Shown: positions 51,128 through 59,763 of the stretch, piece after piece | Layout: each line of letters opens with the position of its first letter | Position numbering within the stretch: position 1 is the stretch's first letter | Origin: Candidatus Undinarchaeota archaeon | GTDB taxonomy: Archaea; Undinarchaeota; Undinarchaeia; Undinarchaeales; UBA543 | Length of the DNA stretch: 64,000 nucleotides | Direction: 5' to 3' | Assembly: GCA_964567575.1 (NCBI GenBank) | Contig: CAZMMZ010000003.1 | Location: 4,328 to 68,327 of the forward strand | Position numbers and translations under genes: made by a program | Notes under the pieces: model-generated | What the model was told of the DNA's origin: nothing | Databases searched by the model: none | What the model saw: the letters and a program-made list of their open reading frames with translations, nothing else

Positions 51128-52312
51128 TTATCCAGAAACAAGATATGTGCTAGTTGCTTTTTTGATTTTAACATTTACCTTCTCACCTAGTTTATGTGTT
51201 CCTTTTACAACAATTGGTTTGTAAGCGAAATTCCTTCCAATAAAATCATTTTCTTTTCCGTGTTCATCAATCAAAACTTCTCCTTCCCAATTAATCCAAT
51301 CATTGTTTCGTGCTTGTCCAATTTCTTTTACTAATTTAGTTGCTTCGCGACTTCGTTCTTTCTTTGTAATTTCTTCATGCTGTTTCAATTCAGCAGCTGA
51401 AGTTCCAGGTCGTGCACCGTAGCGTGAAATATTTACAATATCTGGTTTAGTTTCTTCAAGCACTTTAAGAGTGTCTTTGAATTCCTGATTCGTTTCACCA
51501 GGGAATCCAACAATAATGTCAGTTGAAATTGTGATTTGAGGAATTTCGCGTTTTACATAATCAATTATTTTTTTATAATCTTCAACAGTGTAAAACCGAT
51601 TCATTTCTTTGAGAATTTTGTTATTTCCAGATTGAATTGGAAGATGTAAGAACTTGAACATTTTTTCGTGCTGCAAAGCTTTGGAAAGAGCAGGTAACAT
51701 TTTCATAGCGTGGTTTGGATTCATCATCCCAACACGCACTTTAAAATCACCATCAAGCGTGCATACTTTCTCAAGCAAATTTGGGAGTGAATTTCCAATA
51801 TCTATTCCATATGCTCCAGTGTCTTGTGCAGTTATCCAAATTTCTTTACACTCATCTTTAATTGCAGTTTCAATTGCATTCAAAATCTTTTCAACAGAAT
51901 AACTTTTGAGTTTGCCGCGAGCAAACCTAACAATACAATAAGTGCATGAACCCAAACATCCTGAAGAAATTGGAATAATTCCTACAAGTTTATTTACGCG
52001 AATGTGTGGACCTTCAAGAACTTCTTCATGCTTAACCCCCCAAATCTCTGCATTCGGAGCAACTTCTTTTATTTTATCTCGTTCTGCTTCAGGCATACAA
52101 CCTGCAACAATTAATTTCTTATTTGAATATTTTTTCAGTGCTTTCAAAATTTTATTTTCAGTTGGGGTTTTGACAATGCACGTATTTACAACAACAATGT
52201 CTGCATCATCTGGAGTTGAAACTTGTTCATGCTCTTCAGCCAAAGCACCAGCTATAGCTTCTGAATCTGCTTGATTCCGAGAACATCCATACGTTTCAAT
52301 ATAAAATTTCAT
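51128..52312 (-). CDS. Radical-SAM methylthiotransferase (MiaB/MtaB/CDKAL1 family)
   Basis: The N-terminal UPF0004 domain has YIETYGCSRNQADSE. The radical-SAM motif is SSGCLGSCTYCIV, and there is a C-terminal TRAM-like domain. Confidence 0.9.
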   Translation of the reverse strand: MKFYIETYGCSRNQADSEAIAGALAEEHEQVSTPDDADIVVVNTCIVKTPTENKILKALKKYSNKKLIVAGCMPEAERDKIKEVAPNAEIWGVKHEEVLEGPHIRVNKLVGIIPISSGCLGSCTYCIVRFARGKLKSYSVEKILNAIETAIKDECKEIWITAQDTGAYGIDIGNSLPNLLEKVCTLDGDFKVRVGMMNPNHAMKMLPALSKALQHEKMFKFLHLPIQSGNNKILKEMNRFYTVEDYKKIIDYVKREIPQITISTDIIVGFPGETNQEFKDTLKVLEETKPDIVNISRYGARPGTSAAELKQHEEITKKERSREATKLVKEIGQARNNDWINWEGEVLIDEHGKENDFIGRNFAYKPIVVKGTHKLGEKVNVKIKKATSTYLVSG

Positions 52313-52370
52313 TTCCTTAACTCACTTGGGTTAATGAACTTTTATAACACTTTCTAAGCGCAGTTTATTT

Positions 52371-54077
52371 ATGTTCTTTAAAAAATCTACTCCAAAAGAA
52401 TCATTTCTGGATTCAAATTTTTCCAGTATAATAAAACCAGACATACTGTTTTTTAAACCAGATCATTCTTTCTTGCAAGGCCAGTTCAATCGGGTTTTAA
52501 TGGCAGTTGGATACCCGCGCGAAGTGCAGGAAGGTTTTATGGATCGATTGATAAGGAGCAAGGATGAATTTGATCTTTCTATTCATATCTTCCCTTCATC
52601 AATTGAAGTGATGCTAATTAATTTGAATCGTTTGCTAAAGAAACTGAATGCAGATAAGTATGCATCTGAAAAACGCGGAGTTATGACTCCTTCACTTGAT
52701 CTTTTAATTAGTGATACGCGAAAAGTTCTTGAAGAAATTCAATCTGGAAAAGAAAAACTTTTCAAAACAAGTTTTTATGTGAATGTAACTGCATTTGAAA
52801 AAAAGGAACTTGATGCTTCAACAAGAAAAGCTGAAGCAATTCTAAATTCTCTTAGTATAGTTCCGAAAAAAGCAACTTTCAAAATGCGCGAAGGATTGCA
52901 AAGTATTCTTCCAATTGCGCGCGATAAATTGAAACAACAAAGGACTTTAACAACATCAGCGCTGAGTGCCTGTTTCCCCTTCACTTCGTCGTTTCTTGAA
53001 TCTGATAATACTGGAGTGATGATTGCAACTAACAAAACAACAGGGATTCCAATAATTCGAGATGTATTCAAACAAACAAATCCTAATTCACTTATTTTAG
53101 GAACTTCTGGCTCTGGAAAAAGTTTTTGTTGCAAATTAATTTTCTTGCGATCTTTCCTTGCAGGCACAAAAGTTTTTGTTGTAGATCCTCAAGCCGAATA
53201 TCTTGATCTAACACGCGTATTGAATGGACAAGTTATTGAAATTTCAAAAGAATCAGATTCAATAATAAATCCTCTTGATTTAATGGGACAAACTCAAGAT
53301 GATAAGCGTCTTTCTCTTTTGTCAGCGTATCGCATAATGTTTCCAAATATCGACAACCAGAGCTTAGCAATACTTGACAAAGCAACATCTCTTGCATATC
53401 AAAACACAAAAACTCCTATTCTCAAAGATTTGTTACGATTTATTAAAAAAGAAAAATCTGAGCGCGCTCGAGATTTGGAATTACAATTAGAGCAATATGT
53501 TTCTGGTGCATTTTCTTTTCTTAATCAAAAAACAAATTTGAATTTTGATAATGAATTCATTTGTTTTGATATTCAGAAAATGCCAACTGCTGTAAAACCT
53601 TTAATGTCGTATTTGATTTTAGAATATCTCTATAACACAATGCAAAAAGATCGTTCGAGAAAAATGCTTGTAATTGATGAAGCGTGGTCTCTTCTAAGTC
53701 ATGCAAATTCTTCTGATTATCTTTTCAAAATTGTAAAGACTTGCAGGAAATTCAATCTCTCGCTTTTTCTAATAACACAAGAAGCAAATGATGTTCTTAA
53801 TAATGATGCAGGAAAATCAATTCTTGCAAATACAAGCTGTAAATATTTGCTAAAGCAAGATGCAAGTGTTATTGATCAGCTTGTGAAATTGCTTGGCTTA
53901 ACCAACAAGGAGCGTAACATTCTTTTGCAAAGTTCTGTTGGGGAAGGGATATTGATAATTGATAGTGAACGTTTTCCTGTTAAAATTCTTGCATCTCCAG
54001 CAGAAGCTGGGTTAATTACAACTAATGCTGATGAACTTCACAAGCGTGAGAAGGAGAAAAAATGTACGACAGAATAG
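52371..54077 (+). CDS. VirB4/TraE-like conjugation-type ATPase (AAA-like, DUF87-related)
   Basis: The N-terminal domain has VLMAVGYPREVQEGFMDRLI...DLSIHIFP (the VirB4 N-domain pattern). Walker A is ILGTSGSGKSF and Walker B is MLVIDEAWSLL, with LFLITQE downstream. Confidence 0.75.
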   Translation: MFFKKSTPKESFLDSNFSSIIKPDILFFKPDHSFLQGQFNRVLMAVGYPREVQEGFMDRLIRSKDEFDLSIHIFPSSIEVMLINLNRLLKKLNADKYASEKRGVMTPSLDLLISDTRKVLEEIQSGKEKLFKTSFYVNVTAFEKKELDASTRKAEAILNSLSIVPKKATFKMREGLQSILPIARDKLKQQRTLTTSALSACFPFTSSFLESDNTGVMIATNKTTGIPIIRDVFKQTNPNSLILGTSGSGKSFCCKLIFLRSFLAGTKVFVVDPQAEYLDLTRVLNGQVIEISKESDSIINPLDLMGQTQDDKRLSLLSAYRIMFPNIDNQSLAILDKATSLAYQNTKTPILKDLLRFIKKEKSERARDLELQLEQYVSGAFSFLNQKTNLNFDNEFICFDIQKMPTAVKPLMSYLILEYLYNTMQKDRSRKMLVIDEAWSLLSHANSSDYLFKIVKTCRKFNLSLFLITQEANDVLNNDAGKSILANTSCKYLLKQDASVIDQLVKLLGLTNKERNILLQSSVGEGILIIDSERFPVKILASPAEAGLITTNADELHKREKEKKCTTE

Positions 54078-54358
54078 ATTTAAGCTCTGCAAAAGCTGTA
54101 GCAAGAAATTTCTCAATGGAATTTCCTACAATAAAAGAAATGCGGTTTAGATTAATGCAAAAAGTAAGTAATGTTTTGCAAAAAGAACAAGGGTTTTTCT
54201 TTTTTGATCAAATCTACGATATTTTTGAAATAGTTTATTGCAATCTTCCAAAGAATATAGTATCTGAACTTGAAGAATGGGTTGAAAAAGATGAGAATAT
54301 AAAATTCATTGAAAAACAAGATGGTTTTTACAAATATGCAGTTATTCCAACAATCTAA
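54062..54358 (+). CDS. Small hypothetical protein translationally coupled to the VirB4-like gene
   Basis: Its ATG lies 16 nt inside the end of the upstream gene. 98 aa, with no TM helix and no motif. Confidence 0.45.
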   Translation: MYDRIDLSSAKAVARNFSMEFPTIKEMRFRLMQKVSNVLQKEQGFFFFDQIYDIFEIVYCNLPKNIVSELEEWVEKDENIKFIEKQDGFYKYAVIPTI

Positions 54359-54360
54359 AC

Positions 54361-54693
54361 TTATTCTTTTTTCTTTTCTTCAGGTTTAGGTTCTTCTGGC
54401 TTTGCTTCTTCAGTAGGTTTTTCTTCTGGTTTCTTTTCTTCTGCTTTTGGTTCTTCTGGTGGTTTTTTTTCTTGTTTAGGAGCTTCTTGTTTTTCTGGTT
54501 CTCCTGTTTTTTCTGTGTAACCACATCCGCCACATGAAATCCTATCTTTGTGAACTGCTAGGAAAACTGCAGGTCCACATTTTGGGCATGTTCTATTTTT
54601 TCGCTCAACTGCCTCGCCTTTAATATTATAATAATTAAATTTGCCTTTGTAATTTCTTTTCTTTCCTGTTTGTTTTTTTGGTGCTTCAGCCAT
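54361..54693 (-). CDS. rps27ae: 30S ribosomal protein eS31 (S27ae) with a K/P/E-rich C-terminal tail
   Basis: [41 protein letters not shown], then about 50 aa of [44 protein letters not shown]. Confidence 0.9.
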   Translation of the reverse strand: MAEAPKKQTGKKRNYKGKFNYYNIKGEAVERKNRTCPKCGPAVFLAVHKDRISCGGCGYTEKTGEPEKQEAPKQEKKPPEEPKAEEKKPEEKPTEEAKPEEPKPEEKKKE

Positions 54694-54698
54694 TTAAA

Positions 54699-55142
54699 TC
54701 ACTCCTTTTTTTCCTCAGCAGGTTTTTCTTCTTCTGGTGCTTCTTCTTTTTTCTCTTCTGCAGGTTTTTCTTCTTTCTTTTCTTCAGCTGGAGTTTCTGC
54801 AGGTTCGCTAAGGTCTACTTTCATTTCTCCACTTGCATCAGGAACATTTGAATCTGTTGTTTTTTCTTTCTTTTCTTTTGGTTGTGGTTCTGTTGCTTTA
54901 AGAGCTTCTTCACTTTCATAGATTTTCACATAAGCTTCAGACTCTTTCATTCCATAAGAAGTTTTTATGCTGTCAAGAACAACAAGTTCTTTATTTGAAA
55001 TATTATATTTTGTACAAACTTTATCCAAAAGTTCGTTCTTTTTTGGTGTTGCAGCTTCTGCAACTACCTTTATTACAAGCTCCTTTCTTTTTAGAAGCGG
55101 GTTTTCTTTTGAACTAATTTCTTCAATTTCCATTTTAATCAC
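54699..55142 (-). CDS. rps24e: 30S ribosomal protein eS24 with a P/A/E/K-rich C-terminal tail
   Basis: ENPLLKRKELVIKVV...NELLDKV...LVVLDSIKTSYGM..SEAYVKIYESEEALK, then about 55 aa of low complexity. An alternative start lies at 55133. Confidence 0.9.
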   Translation of the reverse strand: MIKMEIEEISSKENPLLKRKELVIKVVAEAATPKKNELLDKVCTKYNISNKELVVLDSIKTSYGMKESEAYVKIYESEEALKATEPQPKEKKEKTTDSNVPDASGEMKVDLSEPAETPAEEKKEEKPAEEKKEEAPEEEKPAEEKKE

Positions 55143-55327
55143 TACTGAACAATAAGCGCGTATTCTCCTTTTTCTTTTATTTCAAGTTTTTCTGCAACTT
55201 GAGATTTTTCTGGATTGATTATAACTACAAGCCCTCGCCATCTTGTTGAAAGATCTGTATTCTGACAAATAGGACAAACATTGTCTTCTGTTATTTTTCT
55301 GCAACTTTTACATGCTTTTTTTGTCAT
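55142..55327 (-). CDS. spt4: Transcription elongation factor Spt4 (RpoE'')
   Basis: KACKSCRKI...CPICQNTDLSTRWRGLVVIINPEKSQVA. Confidence 0.9.
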   Translation of the reverse strand: MTKKACKSCRKITEDNVCPICQNTDLSTRWRGLVVIINPEKSQVAEKLEIKEKGEYALIVQ

Positions 55328-55333
55328 TTTATA

Positions 55334-55930
55334 TCACTTCTTTTTCCCTTTTTTCTTGTCGTCTTTCTTTTTGTTATCAGATTTTTCTGTTTTCTTTTCT
55401 TTTTCATCCATCCAGCCGTATTTTCCAAGTCCTGGCTGTCTCATTGTTAAACCAATCTTGTTTTCTTTGCTTTTCTTTAAGCTGATTGTAACAACGCGAG
55501 CTCGTACAAGATCTCCTTGTGAAATGGTTTTCTTTGATTCTTTTCCAACGAATCGTGAACCTTTTTCATCATAGTTTAGGTAATCGTCTGTTATCTGAGA
55601 TACGTGTACTAGACCGTCAAGAGGTCCGAGTCTTATGAATATTCCGAATTCAACAACTTCAATTACTTCACCATCAACAACTTCTTGAAGTTCTGGTTTG
55701 TATGTGAGTACTTTGAAAGTAGCATTGTAAAACGCAGCGCCGTCGCCAGGTATTACTTTTCCAATACCATCGGTTGTAACACCTAGAATTGACACTATAG
55801 CTCCTAAATCTCTGTCTAGTTTGCTCTCATACTTTTCAGCGAGTATCTGTTGTAGTGTTTCTTCAAGTTTGCCGCCGAATTTATCTGGAATGACACGAAC
55901 TGTGTCTTCAATTTCAACTATTTGATACAT
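55334..55930 (-). CDS. rpoE: DNA-directed RNA polymerase subunit E' (Rpo7) with a Lys-rich tail
   Basis: MYQIVEIEDTVRVIPDKFG plus an S1 domain (VVDGEVIEVVEFGIFIRLGPLDGLVHVSQI). The tail is EKEKKTEKSDNKKKDDKKKGKKK. Confidence 0.92.
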   Translation of the reverse strand: MYQIVEIEDTVRVIPDKFGGKLEETLQQILAEKYESKLDRDLGAIVSILGVTTDGIGKVIPGDGAAFYNATFKVLTYKPELQEVVDGEVIEVVEFGIFIRLGPLDGLVHVSQITDDYLNYDEKGSRFVGKESKKTISQGDLVRARVVTISLKKSKENKIGLTMRQPGLGKYGWMDEKEKKTEKSDNKKKDDKKKGKKK

Positions 55931-56012
55931 GATTATTAACCCCCAATTTAAGTGAATATAATAGCTAAGATAAGCACCAAATTGTTCCTCTAGCTGGTTA
56001 TAAACGTTTCGT

Positions 56013-57995
56013 TTATAGGAACAATGGGATGAAAACCAATGCTATGATACTCATTAACTTGATTAAGATGTTTAATGCTGGTCCTGCTGTGTCCTTGAAT
56101 GGGTCTCCAACAGTGTCTCCAACAACTGCATTTTTGTGCACTTCTGAACCTTTTCCACCAAGTTTTCCTGATTCAATGTATTTCTTTGCGTTGTCCCATG
56201 CTCCGCCTGAGTTTGACATCAATAAAGCAAGTAAAAATCCTGAAGCAGTTGCACCTGCAAGAAGTCCGCCGAGTGCTTCTACACCAAGAACAACACCAAC
56301 TGCAATAGGTGAAACAATTGCAATCAAACTTGGTAGGATCATTTCTCTCAAAGCTGCTCGTGTACTGATATCAATACACTTTACATAATCAGCTTCTGCT
56401 TTGCCTTTCATCAAACCTTTAATTGTTTTGAATTGTCTTCGAACTTCCTCAACAATTGCCATAGCTGCATTTCCAACTGCTCGCATTGCGAAAGCTGAGA
56501 ACAAGTATGGTAATAATGCTCCTAGGAATAACCCAACAACAACTTTTGGTGTCATGAGGTTTATCACAGTAAGTCCAACAGTTTGTCCGTATGTGACAAA
56601 TAATGCAAGAGCAGTCAAAGCAGCGGAACCAATTGCGAAACCTTTTCCAATAGCTGCAGTTGTGTTTCCAACAGCATCAAGAGCTTCTGTTCGCTTTCTT
56701 ACATGTCCACCGACTTTTGCCATTTCTGCAATTCCTGCTGCATTATCTGCGACAGGTCCGTAAGTGTCAGCTGCTAGTGTGATTCCAAGTGTTGAAAGCA
56801 TACCAACTGCTGCCATTGCAATTCCGTAAACTCCACTGAATTTGAATGAAACTAAAATTGCAGATACAACGAAAAGAACTGGCAATACTGTGCTGAACAT
56901 TCCAACTGAAAGTCCTGTTATAATGTTAGTTGCTGATCCCATTTTTGATGCAAGCGCAATGCTTCGTACTGGCTTTCTTGTGTCAGATGTGTAATACTCT
57001 GTTGCTAATCCAATTCCAATTCCTGAAACTAATCCTGCAACAAGTGAAACGAATAAGTGATATGTTCCTGTCAAAAACCAAATTGCAATAAATGAAAGTA
57101 CTGCTGTTAGTCCCGCGCTGATGTATATTCCATTATTCATAATGCTGTGTGGTTTTCCTTTCTTCATTGAAAGCACAAAATAACTTCCAAGAACTGAACA
57201 AATAATTCCTATTCCTGCTATAAGCATTGGAAGAAGAACTGCGGTTCCAGCTGTTAAATTAAGTGCACCGAAAGTTACTCCAACAATACCAAGTGCCATT
57301 GCCGCGATAATTGAATCAACATAAGATTCAAACAAGTCTGCACCCATTCCAGCAACATCTCCAACGTTGTCCCCAACATTGTCTGCAATTACTGCAGGGT
57401 TTCGTGGATCATCTTCTGGAATTCCTGCTTCTACTTTACCAACTAAGTCTGCTCCAACATCAGCGGACTTTGTGAAAATTCCACCACCAACACGGGCGAA
57501 CAATGCTACAGAACTTGCTCCGAAACCGAAACTGAATAACATTGAAACATCGCCGAATATTGCGTAAAGAATACTAACTCCAAGCAAACCAAGACCAACA
57601 ACCATTAGTCCCATAACAGAACCACTTGAGAAAGCTACGCGAAGTGCTTTCTGCAAATTTGATCGTGCAGCTTGAGTTGTTCTTACATTTGCAGTTGTTG
57701 CAATCATCATGCCGGCATAGCCTGCAAATGCTGAACATCCTGCTCCAAGAACAAATGATAGTGCGGATAGTCTTGATATTAAGAAAAATAAAACTCCGCC
57801 CATAATAATTACAAAAACAGATAATGTTAGGTACTGCCGCTTTAGATAGGCAGAAGCTCCTTTCTTTATCTTCATAGAAATGTCACGCATCATTGGCGTG
57901 CCATCATTCCGACTCTTTATTTCGCGGACAAGCATGACCGCAAATACAAGAGCGATAATCGCGCTAGTAGGTGCTATCCAATATAATAAACTCAT
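56013..57995 (-). CDS. hppA: Membrane-integral pyrophosphate-energised cation pump (H+/Na+-PPase)
   Basis: [89 protein letters not shown]. Confidence 0.97.
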   Translation of the reverse strand: MSLLYWIAPTSAIIALVFAVMLVREIKSRNDGTPMMRDISMKIKKGASAYLKRQYLTLSVFVIIMGGVLFFLISRLSALSFVLGAGCSAFAGYAGMMIATTANVRTTQAARSNLQKALRVAFSSGSVMGLMVVGLGLLGVSILYAIFGDVSMLFSFGFGASSVALFARVGGGIFTKSADVGADLVGKVEAGIPEDDPRNPAVIADNVGDNVGDVAGMGADLFESYVDSIIAAMALGIVGVTFGALNLTAGTAVLLPMLIAGIGIICSVLGSYFVLSMKKGKPHSIMNNGIYISAGLTAVLSFIAIWFLTGTYHLFVSLVAGLVSGIGIGLATEYYTSDTRKPVRSIALASKMGSATNIITGLSVGMFSTVLPVLFVVSAILVSFKFSGVYGIAMAAVGMLSTLGITLAADTYGPVADNAAGIAEMAKVGGHVRKRTEALDAVGNTTAAIGKGFAIGSAALTALALFVTYGQTVGLTVINLMTPKVVVGLFLGALLPYLFSAFAMRAVGNAAMAIVEEVRRQFKTIKGLMKGKAEADYVKCIDISTRAALREMILPSLIAIVSPIAVGVVLGVEALGGLLAGATASGFLLALLMSNSGGAWDNAKKYIESGKLGGKGSEVHKNAVVGDTVGDPFKDTAGPALNILIKLMSIIALVFIPLFL

Positions 57996-58047
57996 TTGTT
58001 TTCTCCCAATTAAGTGAAATTTCTTATTTAACGAAGTATTTAAAACT

Positions 58048-58533
58048 TTACTTCTTTGTCCGAGATCGTTTTGGGTACTTTAATGCCCCTAAAAATAGAA
58101 CTTGCACATTATTTTTCTCTGCTTTTTTTATTAATTCTTTATCTGATGTGCAAAGTCGTGCCCCGAGTTTCTTAGAAAAATCAATTAGTGAGTCATCAAC
58201 AGTCTTTTTTGATTTCTCTGCTTCCTCAATTTTTATTTCATATGCGAATCCAGTTATGCTCTCGTTATCCATTCCAGTTCTAACTGCTTTACTTATCTCA
58301 CTATCTGATATCATTTTATCAACAAGTGAGATTGCAAGTTTTGCAGCATCTTTTATTTTCCTAGCTTTCTTCGGATTGTTTTTGATTCCTTCTAATTCAT
58401 TCATAACATAGCGTGGAATTACTGCTTCGTAATTTCCTAAGAGTTTCAAGAGCTCCATAAAAATATCGCGAGACGGAGTTCTGCCTGGTATTAATAATAC
58501 AGATGTGTCAAGTATTACTTTGTTTTTTTCCAT
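58048..58533 (-). CDS. PIN-domain protein of the Fcf1/Utp24-like archaeal family
   Basis: VILDTSVLL... and ...[27 protein letters not shown] carry the PIN acidic residues. The position next to the rpoE'/spt4 cluster is typical. Confidence 0.7.
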   Translation of the reverse strand: MEKNKVILDTSVLLIPGRTPSRDIFMELLKLLGNYEAVIPRYVMNELEGIKNNPKKARKIKDAAKLAISLVDKMISDSEISKAVRTGMDNESITGFAYEIKIEEAEKSKKTVDDSLIDFSKKLGARLCTSDKELIKKAEKNNVQVLFLGALKYPKRSRTKK

Positions 58534-59343
58534 TTAAGCTGGGCAGGATGATGTTACTAGCCGTGAATTGTAGCACCGCTTGTCTTTGCAGAAGTCGCGC
58601 GTGCATTCGTTTGTGTCTGCACATTCCTCATCTTCTGTGCATTCATTGTATTCGTAATCTGGGAACCAGGTTTTGTAATTGTTGAAATTGTATTTCTTTC
58701 GAGTGAAGCGTTTTGTTCCTGCTTCCATTTCTTTATCTTCATCATTATATCCTGTGACATTAACTTTTTCTGTTGCTGGATATACTACTAGTAAAACTCC
58801 TGAAAGGTATACTGCTTCTGATCCTGGGTCAGCAAGGCCGGTTGAAAATGATAATGCTATTGTATCTGAAGTTGTTGTTACATCTTGAAGCCGTTCAATA
58901 AGATCTGGGAATTGCGCTTGCGGATTCTCTTCCATGTAACTCTTCACATCTTGCACATCCCCTGCTTGTGCGATAGCTGCTGGTGTGGTTGTAGTTGTTG
59001 AGCTTGGTGAAGATGCGGAGCTTGGACTACTACTGCTACTTGAAGCTGCTATAGCTGCGAGTTCATCTGCAGTTGGTGAATGGGTTTTCACGCACTCGTT
59101 TGTAAGTGCAACTGCTGCAGTTTCACTAAATCCAGATGCAAGATGTTCTTTGTATTCTTTGTAATATTGAACACAATCAACAGTGTCAGTGTCTGTTTCA
59201 GTTTCTTCTTCTGCTTCTTCTGTTTCAACATCTTCAATTTCGCCTGTTTCTGCATTCTCTCCCTCAGGACCGACTTTGACTGTGCAACCTGCTGCAGCTA
59301 CTACAAGCAGTATTAATAATATCATAATGATTTTTGAATTCAT
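58534..59343 (-). CDS. Secreted lipoprotein with Ser/Thr-rich linkers and a Cys-rich C-terminal module
   Basis: Signal peptide plus MILLILLVVAAAGC. It has an acidic linker, SSSSSSPSSASSPSSTTTTTP, and a C-terminal CTEDEECADTNECTRDFCKDKRCYNSRLVTSSC. Confidence 0.6.
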   Translation of the reverse strand: MNSKIIMILLILLVVAAAGCTVKVGPEGENAETGEIEDVETEEAEEETETDTDTVDCVQYYKEYKEHLASGFSETAAVALTNECVKTHSPTADELAAIAASSSSSSPSSASSPSSTTTTTPAAIAQAGDVQDVKSYMEENPQAQFPDLIERLQDVTTTSDTIALSFSTGLADPGSEAVYLSGVLLVVYPATEKVNVTGYNDEDKEMEAGTKRFTRKKYNFNNYKTWFPDYEYNECTEDEECADTNECTRDFCKDKRCYNSRLVTSSCPA

Positions 59344-59395
59344 AGAGTTTCATAATTAGTGAAGTTATTTAAGCATTAGGATAAGGGTCGATAGA

Positions 59396-59575
59396 AATTA
59401 TAGTGCGCCTCTATCAACAGTTTTGGGTGGTAACCGTCTTGATGGTAACTATAGTGTCCGTCGAGATGGTGTGTGGGAGACCGTCAGGACTCCTAAATCT
59501 CCACGAACATTTTTTTATTAACAGAGACGCGCATTTTAGGTGTGTGAAAAATTTAACCGTCTCTTCACATACCTA
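59396..59575. other. Structured, repeat-rich non-coding segment (candidate small RNA or regulatory or recombination site)
   Basis: An imperfect ~50-nt tandem duplication is marked by TATAGTG at 59399 and 59450 and by ACCGTC at 59433 and 59480. CCGTC occurs four times, and CCGTC-NN-GATGGT occurs at 59434 and 59458. There are two interleaved stem pairs: AGAGACG 59523-59529 with CGTCTCT 59558-59564, and AGGTGTGTGAA 59538-59548 with TTCACATACCT 59564-59574. Confidence 0.4.
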
Positions 59576-59763
59576 AGTAGGATGTATATTCTGTATGATA
59601 TATATACCTTTCTGTTTTTTAGAAAAATAATCTAAAAAGAAATTTAATTTAGAACTTTTTCCTATAAATAAAAAAAATCCGAAAAATATATATATTTTGT
59701 AGAATATGTTGAATTATAATCCTTTCAGAGAAGTTATAAACTTCCCCGAACTAATTACATATT

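Noticed and set aside
56029-57567. Several 66-120-aa plus-strand ORFs within the H+-PPase gene. Analogous ORFs lie inside aIF2-gamma (61009-61760) and aIF5B (62617-63836).
   Set aside because: All are antisense to long, motif-rich conserved genes and have compositionally biased translations, so they are shadow ORFs.
59495-59512. AAATCTCCACGAAC resembles the core of archaeal origin recognition boxes, so a replication origin was considered.
   Set aside because: It is a single partial match with no inverted partner ORB, no G-string element and no orc1/cdc6 gene nearby. The AT-rich tract next to it is better explained as a promoter.
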